Below are positions 1 to 7,222 of a stretch of DNA of 32,698 nucleotides, piece after piece (positions within the stretch are counted from its first letter, which is position 1; each line of letters starts with the position of its first letter). The stretch lies in assembly GCA_002790675.1 (NCBI GenBank), contig PFVP01000032.1, positions 1-32,698 on the forward strand. Reading direction: 5' to 3'. Position numbers and translations under genes: made by a program. The notes below the pieces were generated by a model that was given only the letters and a program-made list of their open reading frames with translations, was not told the DNA's origin and made no database searches. The DNA comes from Candidatus Moranbacteria bacterium CG_4_9_14_3_um_filter_45_14 (GTDB taxonomy: Bacteria > Patescibacteriota > Minisyncoccia > Moranbacterales > UBA1568).

Positions 1-21
1 AAAAACTTCCTTTCGGAAGTT
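1..21 (-). terminator. putative intrinsic terminator downstream of tRNA-Tyr
   Basis: 7-bp stem aacttcc/ggaagtt (4-10 with 15-21) and loop tttc. On the minus strand the hairpin is followed by a U-run (plus-strand aaaaa at the window edge), so it is truncated by the window. Confidence 0.4.
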
Positions 22-31
22 ATTTCATTTG

Positions 32-311
32 TGGGCAGGGAGGGATTCGAACCCCCGAAGGCCGAAGCCGACAGATTTCATATAACCCAAAGATTTCTCC
101 TTGGCACGGACTATATCTTCACCTGTTCTAGGTGCTCTGGTATCTAGTCTCTACGGCGCTCTCCGACAAAATGTCAGAGTTCCCACGGTATTCGCATATT
201 CTCTTACGAGAACTTAGCCTCCACCGTTATCCCAGAAAGTTCATCCAAGAGTCCCCTCTTAGAGCTGCAAATTCTACAGTCTGTTGTAATAGACCACTCT
301 ACCACCTACCC
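32..311 (-). tRNA. tRNA-Tyr(GUA), type II (long variable arm), interrupted by an intron; exons 276..311 and 32..78
   Basis: The minus strand reads GGGTAGG-TG-GTAG-AGTGGTCTA-TTAC-A-ACAGA-CTGT | intron | AAA-TCTGT-CGGCTTCGGCCTTC-GGGGG-TTCGAAT-CCCTC-CCTGCCC-A. The 7-bp acceptor stem has one G-U pair. D, anticodon (ACAGA/TCTGT) and T stems all pair, the T-loop is the canonical TTCGAAT, and the joined anticodon loop is CUGUAAA. The mature length is 83 nt. CCA is not encoded. Confidence 0.9.
79..275 (-). ncRNA. group I self-splicing intron (small tRNA anticodon-loop type, IC3-like), 197 nt
   Basis: The 5' exon ends in U and forms a U.G pair in P1 (exon CUGU 279-276 with intron GCAG 268-265). The intron ends in G (position 79). 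The core contains GUAGAGACUAGA and GAAGAUAUAGUCC. P7 is GACUA (149-145) paired with UAGUC (113-109), and the J8/7-like AAGAUA matches the catalytic-core consensus as I recall it from the Tetrahymena and Azoarcus ribozymes. Other hairpins are P8 (120-134), P5 capped by a GUAA tetraloop (199-212), P6 (161-179) and P9 (87-104). There is no internal ORF. Confidence 0.88.
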
Positions 312-367
312 ATATTTACAAGGTGCTCCTCCAGCATCCTATCAAACCCATCTCTTTTATTCAACTG

Positions 368-440
368 AGCCACCTGTCAGACTCGAACTGACGACCCACG
401 CATTACAAGTGCGTTGCTCTACCAACTGAGCTAAGATGGC
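368..440 (-). tRNA. tRNA-Thr(UGU)
   Basis: The minus strand reads GCCATCT-TA-GCTC-AGTTGGTA-GAGC-A-ACGCA-CTTGTAA-TGCGT-GGGTC-GTCAG-TTCGAGT-CTGAC-AGGTGGC-T. This is 73 nt, all four stems pair, and the anticodon is TGT. CCA is not encoded. It lies 56 nt upstream of tRNA-Tyr on the same strand; as I recall, E. coli thrU-tyrU have the same order. Confidence 0.93.
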
Positions 441-445
441 TTACC

Positions 446-1057
446 TCACAATCCCCTCTTGTATTCAGCAATCCAAAAATTTATCTTCTCTAACAACTTT
501 TTATCTGAATAATTAATTGTAATCGTACCATATAATGCTTTCTTTTTATACGTTCCTTTTGCTCCTTTATGAATAAAAGATTTGTAGAAATTTTTCTTTG
601 GCACTCGTGTGGTTTTCGACCAGAAATCAATTAATTCGCTTTCATTGTGATCAGGGTACATATGAATCAATAATTTCAAACGCTCTTCCCAAATCCCACA
701 AATCTCCCTAAGAAAAGTTAAAAACAACTTTATCATCGCCGGATCACTATTGACAAACTTCACCGTTCCCCAACCTTTACATCCTTCTGCCCAATAGAGC
801 ATTACTCCCGCTAATCGAAGACGCTCTTCTTTCTGTGAAAGATCTTTCTTAATGTTTACTGGTTTCTTAGAAAGCCCTGTAATGTTCCATTGTGTTACAG
901 CATCACTTCTCGAACGACGAGATACTTTATGTTTGTTAAGGTAATATACGACTGCCGATAGAGAGATACCAAACTTAGCAGCAACTTGAGACATAGAAAG
1001 TGTATCTTCAAGATAGGCTGTTACAATCTTCAATTGAATTTCCTGTGATATCGCCAT
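446..1057 (-). CDS. HTH domain + LAGLIDADG-like homing-endonuclease/maturase-family protein (free-standing)
   Basis: The N-terminus is HTH-like (LSMSQVAAKFGISLSAVVYYLNKH). The C-terminal ~120 aa starts with a LAGLIDADG-type motif, RLAGVMLYWAEGCKG, followed by VKFVNSDPAMIKLFLTFLREI, which is the pattern of single-motif LAGLIDADG domains. I moved the start to the ATG at 1057 (MAISQE...); the track start at 1075 is GTG. The TGA stop is only 5 nt from the tRNA-Thr 5' end. The family call rests on motif recognition only. Confidence 0.55.
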   Translation of the reverse strand: MAISQEIQLKIVTAYLEDTLSMSQVAAKFGISLSAVVYYLNKHKVSRRSRSDAVTQWNITGLSKKPVNIKKDLSQKEERLRLAGVMLYWAEGCKGWGTVKFVNSDPAMIKLFLTFLREICGIWEERLKLLIHMYPDHNESELIDFWSKTTRVPKKNFYKSFIHKGAKGTYKKKALYGTITINYSDKKLLEKINFWIAEYKRGL

Positions 1058-1063
1058 ATATAT

Positions 1064-1093
1064 AATATAGCACACTAACAGTTTCTAAATCAA
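1064..1093 (-). promoter_or_regulatory. putative sigma70-type promoter giving a leaderless mRNA for the LAGLIDADG-like gene
   Basis: On the minus strand: TTGATT (1093-1088), an 18-nt spacer, TATATT (1069-1064), then 6 nt to the ATG at 1057. There is no Shine-Dalgarno sequence. Confidence 0.35.
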
Positions 1094-1101
1094 TAGAACT
1101 A

Positions 1102-1839
1102 CTAACTACTCTCTCTTGCTTTGGTTAAAAGCTTTTCCAAGCGACGAATTTTGATCTTTACCATACGCTGAACCGGACTCAACTTGAGTACTTGTCGATA
1201 ACAATCTTTGGCATCTTTCATATTTCCGATTTCCAAATAATGGTCACCAAGTTCTTCATAGGCAGTGAAATCTTTCGGATCCACAGCAATACGTGCAATC
1301 AAACCTTCCTCGCGGGAAATATCCGCTGACGTTTTCCTGTACGGTACTTCCGGACGAACTATTCTATCACTGACCATCGGTCGAGGGATGGTTTCCGATA
1401 TTTCTGACTGTGTCGATCGCACATTCTGATACTCTCGGGAAGTCTCCCCAATTTCGGACGTACGAGGATGAACATCTTCAGAAACTGTTCCGTGTGAAAA
1501 AACGATAGCGTCTGTACGCATTTCTTCGTCGGAGTTTTCCGATATCGTTTTCGCATCGCTGTCTTGAAAACGTTTTCGTCGTTCTTTCAGTGTCTGTGTG
1601 AGATCATTCAAAGCATTGTGCATCTGAAGCGACAGAACCTTGAAACGATAGGCTGTCCTCTCAAGAATACGCAAAAAAAACTTTTTCGTACGGAAGAAAG
1701 ATACTCTCTGTTCCGCACCATCTTCCAACTGAGAAATCTTCCTAGCAATGAATGGATCGGCTCCTTTACGAGAAAGGTACCACAATACGAAGAGCAGACT
1801 CACGATGACGATGATTGGCGGAAGAATGAGATACCACAT
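1102..1839 (-). CDS. membrane-anchored protein with C-terminal TPR motif, function unknown
   Basis: N-terminal TM helix (LILPPIIVIVSLLFVLWYL), a charged and probably disordered middle, and a TPR-like C-terminus (AYEELGDHYLEIGNMKDAKDCYRQVLKLSP). Confidence 0.6.
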   Translation of the reverse strand: MWYLILPPIIVIVSLLFVLWYLSRKGADPFIARKISQLEDGAEQRVSFFRTKKFFLRILERTAYRFKVLSLQMHNALNDLTQTLKERRKRFQDSDAKTISENSDEEMRTDAIVFSHGTVSEDVHPRTSEIGETSREYQNVRSTQSEISETIPRPMVSDRIVRPEVPYRKTSADISREEGLIARIAVDPKDFTAYEELGDHYLEIGNMKDAKDCYRQVLKLSPVQRMVKIKIRRLEKLLTKARESS

Positions 1840-1861
1840 GAAACTTGAATAAGAAGACTGA

Positions 1862-2446
1862 TTACATTTCGTAACGTACGAAACCGCCTACCTGGATATT
1901 TTCTCCGATCTTCTGGATTTTTTCAGCAAGCAATTCTCCAACGGTTCTACTCGGATCTTTGACAAAAATCTGCGTCAAAAGAGCATTTTCATTGCGGAAT
2001 TTCTCCTCTTTACCGGTCATAATCTTATCCAGTATCTCTTTCGGTTTATTTTCTTTGGCAAGTTGTTCGCGCCAAATACTCCGTTCCTTTTCTACTAGTT
2101 CTTCCGGTACCTCTTCCGGTTTCACGTACTGCGGGGCGGATGCGGCGATATGCAAAGCGATATCGCGACCGAGTTCACGGAAATCCTCATTAAGAGCCAC
2201 AAAATCCGTCTCGCAAAAAAGTTTCACCAGAACGCCGATGTGATTATTAGAATGAACGTAGGAGACGATAATACCCTCGTGCGCCTCACGGTCACCCTTC
2301 TTTAATGCCTTGTCTTGACCGCGTTTACGAAGAATGAGAATAGCTTGCGTTTCGTCACCTTTTGCTTCATCCAAAGCTTTTTTTATATCTACGACGCCAG
2401 CACCAGTCTTCTCGCGCAACATTTTCACCTGTTCCATTGAATTCAT
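1862..2446 (-). CDS. tsf: translation elongation factor Ts (short form, 194 aa)
   Basis: N-terminal UBA-like signature VKMLREKTGAGVVDIKKALDEAKGDETQAILILRKRG. The core contains CETDFVALNEDF. It lies directly downstream of rpsB, the classic rpsB-tsf order. Confidence 0.93.
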   Translation of the reverse strand: MNSMEQVKMLREKTGAGVVDIKKALDEAKGDETQAILILRKRGQDKALKKGDREAHEGIIVSYVHSNNHIGVLVKLFCETDFVALNEDFRELGRDIALHIAASAPQYVKPEEVPEELVEKERSIWREQLAKENKPKEILDKIMTGKEEKFRNENALLTQIFVKDPSRTVGELLAEKIQKIGENIQVGGFVRYEM

Positions 2447-2585
2447 AATTTTGTCTCGTTCATCACCATCGCCTGTTCATCAGATCGTTCTCAAACGACA
2501 GTGACAAGCGATGTATGTGACAAGTTTACTTTTTAATTTCCTGCACTCAAGAATAAGTCCACTCAATACTTCACCGAAAAAACCA

Positions 2586-3419
2586 CTAAGCCACCTTTTC
2601 TTTCACTGTTTCTTTCGGTGCGACTTTGGCTTCGGCGACTTTTTCTTTGGTTTCAAGAATCGTTTTTCCCAAATATCCCAAGAGGAGACGGAGAGAGGAA
2701 AGAGCATCATCGTTTCCTGGAATAGGATAATCGACAAGACTCGGATCGGTATTCGTATCGGTGATGCCGACAACGGGAATATTCATTTTTCTCGCTTCGT
2801 GGAGGACAAGCGTTGCTTCTTTGACATCGGCTATCACGATAGCTCCCGGCAATTGACCCATATGTTTGATACCACCGACTTTCCTTTCGAGTTTTTCGAC
2901 TTCTTCGCCCTTCTTCGCTTGTTCGAATTTCGTATATTTCTTGAATTCGCCCTGTGCGAGCTTGTCCTGTGTTTCGTTCAGATACTTTGCACGGGAATTG
3001 ATACAGGAAAAGTTCGTCAGCGTCCCTCCGAGCCAACGGTCAGTCACATATGATTCTCCTAGACGCATAGCCAGTGATTCCACAGTGTCCTGCGTCTGCT
3101 TCTTCATACCGACGAAAAGAATCGGCTTGCCACTTTTCGTCACTTCAGCCAAGAATTTCCCAGCTGATTGGAGCTTCTCTGCTGTCTTCTCAAGATTCAG
3201 AATATTGATATTCTTGCGTGTCGTATAGATGTATTCATCCATTTTCGGATGACGACGCGACTTCAAGTGACCGAAATGGACACCCGCTTTGAGCAAGCCC
3301 TCCAAACCGGCATCTATTTTCGCAAAATCAAACAAAGCAAAATAGTGTTCGCCTGTTTTTTCTGACTTTGACTTCGGCACGATACTCTCTTCGGCTACGG
3401 CTGTAGTCATCTCTGACAT
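2586..3419 (-). CDS. rpsB: 30S ribosomal protein S2
   Basis: Motifs LLKAGVHFGHLKSRRHPKM, ILFVGMKKQ and IPVVGITDTNTDP. The SD-like AAGGAAG sits about 8 nt upstream of the ATG. There is a ~30-aa N-terminal extension and a Lys/Glu-rich C-terminal tail. Confidence 0.95.
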   Translation of the reverse strand: MSEMTTAVAEESIVPKSKSEKTGEHYFALFDFAKIDAGLEGLLKAGVHFGHLKSRRHPKMDEYIYTTRKNINILNLEKTAEKLQSAGKFLAEVTKSGKPILFVGMKKQTQDTVESLAMRLGESYVTDRWLGGTLTNFSCINSRAKYLNETQDKLAQGEFKKYTKFEQAKKGEEVEKLERKVGGIKHMGQLPGAIVIADVKEATLVLHEARKMNIPVVGITDTNTDPSLVDYPIPGNDDALSSLRLLLGYLGKTILETKEKVAEAKVAPKETVKEKVA

Positions 3420-3599
3420 AATGTTACTTCCTTACAATAATTACACCTATTTTACCTTATACAAGCCTTGAAAGCACTGTAAGTACAGGCCAGGAACAGG
3501 CTCCTCGGAAAAATATGTTTGATTTCAACACTCTTCCTTCCTTCAGAAGAAAAAGAAGAGGAAAATACAGTTGTAAGCATAACAGAATAAAGAAAGCCT

Positions 3600-3737
3600 G
3601 GCAAGCCCACACATCAACTTAAGTTTCGGTTTTGGGGCTGTATATTCCTATTTTAAAGTAGTTATGTCGGTAGCAGAGAAGAAATACATTCCCTTTCTAT
3701 AGTATCAAACTCAAGTTGGTGTGTGGTGGGCAAGCCC
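3600..3737. repeat. MITE-like element / long imperfect hairpin: ~20-bp terminal inverted repeats flanked by a 9-bp direct repeat
   Basis: The left arm CCACACATCAACTTAAGTTT (3607-3626) is the reverse complement of AAACTCAAGTTGGTGTGTGG (3707-3726), with 2 transition mismatches. The direct repeat GGCAAGCCC occurs at 3600-3608 and 3729-3737. The internal ~80 nt are AT-rich and non-coding. Confidence 0.45.
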
Positions 3738-3812
3738 CCTGATCGCCTTTCTCTCAAAAGACTTTTTCCTCCATTTTTTTTGACGACATTCCTCACAAAT
3801 ACAGACGGAGAC

Positions 3813-3841
3813 TTGTCAATTTCTCCAACCCATGTTACACT
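3813..3841 (+). promoter_or_regulatory. putative promoter of rpmE
   Basis: TTGTCA (3813-3818), a 17-nt spacer, then TACACT (3836-3841), about 37 nt upstream of the rpmE ATG. Confidence 0.35.
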
Positions 3842-3878
3842 CTATCTTACATTACCCCATACGTAAAACCCATTCTTT

Positions 3879-4166
3879 ATGAAGCAAGGAATCCACCCGA
3901 CCTATTTCAAAGAAGCGACCATCACCTGTTCCTGTGGTGCCGTGCTTAAAACCGGTTCAACCGTAGAAACAATGCGTACGGAAATCTGTTCTCAGTGCCA
4001 TCCGTTCTATACCGGCAAAAAGAAATTCATCGACGCGACCGGTCGTGTCGATCGTTTCAAGAAACTTTCAGAGAAATCCGTTGCCAAACAGGCTCTCCTT
4101 CTCAAGACCACCAAAGCCAAGAAAACTGAAACGAAGAAGGAAAAGAAATCTACGAGCGATAAATAG
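3879..4166 (+). CDS. rpmE: 50S ribosomal protein L31 (Zn-ribbon, type A)
   Basis: MKQGIHPTY..., cysteine pairs CSCG and [11 protein letters not shown], and GRVDRFKK. Confidence 0.95.
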   Translation: MKQGIHPTYFKEATITCSCGAVLKTGSTVETMRTEICSQCHPFYTGKKKFIDATGRVDRFKKLSEKSVAKQALLLKTTKAKKTETKKEKKSTSDK

Positions 4167-4243
4167 CGATCTTTCAGACGCTTTCTCTTGGATTTTTGAG
4201 AGCATCCTCACTATCGTATCCGATCAAAAGAAGGCGTACGCAT

Positions 4244-4291
4244 CCCATATCGTTCCGCACCCGGTGGAAAGTAGATGGGATTTTTGCTTTT
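4244..4291 (+). terminator. intrinsic terminator after rpmE
   Basis: Nested hairpin with outer stem cccat/atggg and inner stem ttccgc/gtggaa (4244-4279), followed by atttttgctttt. Confidence 0.55.
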
Positions 4292-4336
4292 CTACCACCA
4301 TTTGTGCTAGTCTTCGGATGAACCAAACACATATTT

Positions 4337-5416
4337 ATGCAAAACCTCTTCAAAGAGATCGAACGTGAGTACCAAGAAATTATGGAACTTTTGAGTGTGC
4401 CCGAAACGATGCGTGATCAGAAAAAACTCGCCACTTTGGGAAAAAGAAAAACTGAGCTGGATATCATCATCGAACGCATCGGGCATTTGCATGCTATCGA
4501 GAAAAATATGCGTAATAATGCTGAATTGACGCAAAGTGATGAAGAAGAAGAGCTCAAAAATATGGCAATGGAAGAAAATCTCGCTTTGGCTAAAGAGAAA
4601 GCAACACTCGAAGAAGAACTGAAACACTTGCTCCTGCCTAAAGATCCTGCTGACGAGAAAGATGTCATCGTTGAAATCCGTGGTGGAGCCGGTGGAGATG
4701 AATCAAGCCTTTTTGCCGCAGAACTTTTCCGTATGTATTCACATTATGCTGAAAAGCAAAACTGGCACATAGTGATGCTCCACTCCAATCAAACGGAAGT
4801 CGGCGGTTTCAAAGAGGTCGTCTTCGAACTCAATCGCGGTACGAGCGATACCCCTGTCTATCAAAAGATGAAATACGAATCCGGAGTACATCGCGTCCAA
4901 CGTATTCCTGAAACCGAAAAGTCCGGACGTATCCACACATCGACAGCGACGGTAGTCGTCCTTCCTCAAGTCGAAGAAGTGGAAATCACCATCCGTACCG
5001 AGGATCTCCGCATCGACACATTCTGTTCATCCGGGCCTGGCGGACAATCGGTCAATACCACCTACAGTGCCGTGCGTATCACACATCTTCCTACCAATAC
5101 AGTCGTCTCTTGCCAGGATGAAAAATCGCAGATAAAAAACAAGGAGAAGGCTCTCAAGGTTCTCCGCTCTCGTCTCTTCCAGCTCGAAGAAGAAAAACGG
5201 AACAAAGAACAGGGCGATGCGCGACGTACCCAGATCGGTACCGGTGATCGGAGCGAGAAGATCCGCACTTACAATTTCCCTCAGGATCGGATCACCGATC
5301 ATCGTATCAAAATGTCATGGAGCAATATCCCGCAAGTACTCGGCGGAAACTTCGATCCGATCATCAGTGCTCTCGAAACAGAGGATATGCGGCTCAAACT
5401 CGAACAGGCACAATAA
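4337..5416 (+). CDS. prfA: peptide chain release factor 1
   Basis: GGQ motif ([11 protein letters not shown]); an RF1-type PxT tripeptide region ([18 protein letters not shown]); and [12 protein letters not shown]. Confidence 0.95.
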   Translation: MQNLFKEIEREYQEIMELLSVPETMRDQKKLATLGKRKTELDIIIERIGHLHAIEKNMRNNAELTQSDEEEELKNMAMEENLALAKEKATLEEELKHLLLPKDPADEKDVIVEIRGGAGGDESSLFAAELFRMYSHYAEKQNWHIVMLHSNQTEVGGFKEVVFELNRGTSDTPVYQKMKYESGVHRVQRIPETEKSGRIHTSTATVVVLPQVEEVEITIRTEDLRIDTFCSSGPGGQSVNTTYSAVRITHLPTNTVVSCQDEKSQIKNKEKALKVLRSRLFQLEEEKRNKEQGDARRTQIGTGDRSEKIRTYNFPQDRITDHRIKMSWSNIPQVLGGNFDPIISALETEDMRLKLEQAQ

Positions 5417-5496
5417 ACAACACAGTTAACAGACAACAAGGGGACCTTAAAACACCGATTGTTTTTTGTTATTTGTTTTTTGTTAATTGACAAGCG

Positions 5497-6372
5497 ATGA
5501 CTATTGCAGAATTACAAAATGAATTTTTCACATCAGGGAACGAACATATTACTCCGGCTGATTTCTTCATTCTGCTCGCTCATATAAGCAAAAGAGAGAG
5601 GGTATTTCTGCTCGCTCACCCAGAATATTCCCTCAGCATATCGGACGAAGCGATGTTACGGGATTTTCTCAATCGTCGCCTACGGTATGAGCCGATAGCC
5701 TCTATCGTAGGGCACAAAGAATTCTATGGGTATGATTTTCTTGTCACTCGCGATACGCTCATCCCGCGACCAGAAACGGAAATTCTCGTCGAATTGACAC
5801 TCGATCATATCGACAAGAGACAACAGAAGATCACGATTATCGATATCGGGACGGGAAGTGGCAATATCATCATCTCTCTCACAAAAGAAATCGAAAAAAA
5901 CAATCGGGTATCGGATACCACATATTATGCTACCGATATTTCCACGGATGCGCTCACTATTGCGAAGGAAAATGCCAGACAACACGGTGTCGACAGTCTC
6001 ATTCGATTCTACGAAAGCGACCTCCTCGAATCAATAGAAAAAGAAATTCTTTCAACAGGGAAGGTTATTATCGTAGCCAACCTCCCCTATCTCTCGGAAT
6101 CCCTCTATAAAGATACTCTGCCAGATGTCCACAATTTTGAACCGAAGGGTGCGCTCATAAGTGACGAAGCTGGTCTCTCTCACTACTATCGACTGCTCCG
6201 ATATATCCAAAAGTTTCTCTCTTCACAAAACTCTCTCATCCTCTTTCTCGAAATCAGTCCGGAACAAACACTGATCCTCAAACACTTTATTCTTACACTT
6301 TTCCCAGATGCGAGAATACGCATACATAAAGACCTCGCGAAGAAAAACCGTGTTGTAGAAATCATCATATAA
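5497..6372 (+). CDS. prmC: release factor glutamine N5-methyltransferase (PrmC/HemK)
   Basis: SAM-binding motif IIDIGTGSGNI and catalytic N-x-P-Y variant VANLPYL. Immediately downstream of prfA, the conserved prfA-prmC pairing. Confidence 0.88.
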   Translation: MTIAELQNEFFTSGNEHITPADFFILLAHISKRERVFLLAHPEYSLSISDEAMLRDFLNRRLRYEPIASIVGHKEFYGYDFLVTRDTLIPRPETEILVELTLDHIDKRQQKITIIDIGTGSGNIIISLTKEIEKNNRVSDTTYYATDISTDALTIAKENARQHGVDSLIRFYESDLLESIEKEILSTGKVIIVANLPYLSESLYKDTLPDVHNFEPKGALISDEAGLSHYYRLLRYIQKFLSSQNSLILFLEISPEQTLILKHFILTLFPDARIRIHKDLAKKNRVVEIII

Positions 6373-6399
6373 CATTATCAAGAATATTCATTGAAGAAC

Positions 6400-6437
6400 A
6401 AAACAAAAACCCCGATTTACGGGGCTTTTGTTTTTTT
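6400..6437. terminator. bidirectional intrinsic terminator (prmC on +, micro-ORF on -)
   Basis: Stem ccccg/cgggg (6410-6414 with 6420-6424), loop attta, an A-run upstream and cttttgttttttt downstream. Confidence 0.65.
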
Positions 6438-6464
6438 GAACCAAAAGAACAGAAAACATCTAAA

Positions 6465-6560
6465 CTATTTTCGTTTCTTAGTAGCTTTCTTCTTTGTTAC
6501 CTTCTTTGCTACCTTCTTCTTTGCTACCTTCTTCTTGGTTACTTTTTTCTTAGCTGCCAT
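6465..6560 (-). CDS. 31-aa lysine-rich micro-protein (MAAKKKVTKKKVAKKKVAKKVTKKKATKKRK), absent from the ORF track
   Basis: The ATG at 6560 is preceded by a near-perfect SD, GAAGGAGGTGA (plus 6566-6576), with a 5-nt spacer. The TAG stop is at 6465-6467 and the bidirectional terminator follows. The nucleotide sequence repeats in K-K-K-V-A units. Confidence 0.6.
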   Translation of the reverse strand: MAAKKKVTKKKVAKKKVAKKVTKKKATKKRK

Positions 6561-7066
6561 AATAGTCACCTCCTTCTATACCACTTCCTCTTTTCGTATT
6601 TCATAAGTTTATGAAACGGAGAGAAAATATGGAATTATTTATTTTTATTTCACACAACAAATATTTATTTTGTGCGTGATACAGAAAAAGTTTCCTGTAC
6701 ACTTTTATTATACTCTTTTTTTGCAAATTGCATAGAGGTAAAAAATATCTGTCAACCCCCACAAACTCTTTTTTGCAAATACCCTGATAAATTTTCAAAA
6801 ATAAAAAATCATTCGATGCCGAAAGAAAACAAACGAAATATTTTTGTGAAAAAACACATACGTTTCAAAATATACAAAAAAAATATTCTCACGTGTTCAT
6901 TTCCAAAAAAGTTATCGTTCATCCTGCGAAGCGAAGGGAGAAGAAATAATTTCCCTCTCAACATATTTTTTGGTTCTTGTCCCACGGAAAAAACAGTCAG
7001 AAAAATTTGTGACTTTTCTCCCATAAACTTCCCTTTATCAGGCCAAAAATAACCGATTTTGTCCAG

Positions 7067-7095
7067 TTGACAGCTGTTTTTCAAAGACGTAGTAT
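7067..7095 (+). promoter_or_regulatory. putative sigma70-type promoter for the 7223 gene
   Basis: Perfect TTGACA (7067-7072), a 17-nt spacer, then TAGTAT (7090-7095). This implies a ~120-nt 5' UTR ending in the SD GAGAGGTGA. Confidence 0.5.
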
Positions 7096-7222
7096 GAAGA
7101 GGCAGGAGGTCGATTAGTTTGTCAATGATACGAAAGATAGCCCTGACAAGCTAAGCGAGGCTTCAACGTAAGCAAGCACTTTCACAATCTTAATTATAAG
7201 CTAGAAAGAGAGGTGAAAAATA

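Noticed and set aside
132-368. 78-aa plus-strand ORF covering the tRNA-Tyr intron region; considered as a possible intron-encoded homing endonuclease
   Set aside because: It is antisense to the intron and tRNA, spans exon sequence and the inter-tRNA spacer, and has no LAGLIDADG, GIY-YIG or HNH motif. The region is fully explained by the ribozyme core helices.
2499-2510. Exact 12-mer tgacaagcgatg shared between the rpsB-tsf spacer (2499-2510) and the prmC start region (5488-5499)
   Set aside because: There are only two copies. They are in different orientations relative to the nearby genes, and the second copy includes the prmC start codon. This is most likely chance plus a TTGACA-like promoter hexamer.
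3481-3520. caggccaggaacaggctcctcgg; examined for resemblance to the SRP RNA domain IV or another known ncRNA
   Set aside because: I could not find the conserved GGAA tetraloop/AGCA loop arrangement or a supporting helix on either strand.
4337-5416. RF1 tripeptide reads PET rather than the familiar PAT/PVT
   Set aside because: It still conforms to the P-x-T recognition motif, so there is no basis for claiming altered stop-codon specificity.
6481-6545. Short tandem nucleotide periodicity (accttcttctttgct-like units); considered as a CRISPR or minisatellite
   Set aside because: The units are 15-18 nt, contiguous with no spacers, and in frame with the K-K-K-V-A peptide repeat. This is coding repetition, not a CRISPR array.
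6391-6606. 71-aa plus-strand ORF with a phenylalanine-rich repeat (FFATFFFATFF)
   Set aside because: It is the antisense translation of the lysine-rich micro-ORF (AAG repeats read as CTT/TTC), starts at TTG and has no SD. It also runs through the prmC terminator.
6672-7084. Overlapping ORFs of 126 aa (+) and 91 aa (-) in the AT-rich island
   Set aside because: Both have low-complexity K/F/I/N-rich composition typical of random frames in AT-rich DNA. Neither has an SD or a recognisable motif, and the two are mutually overlapping.
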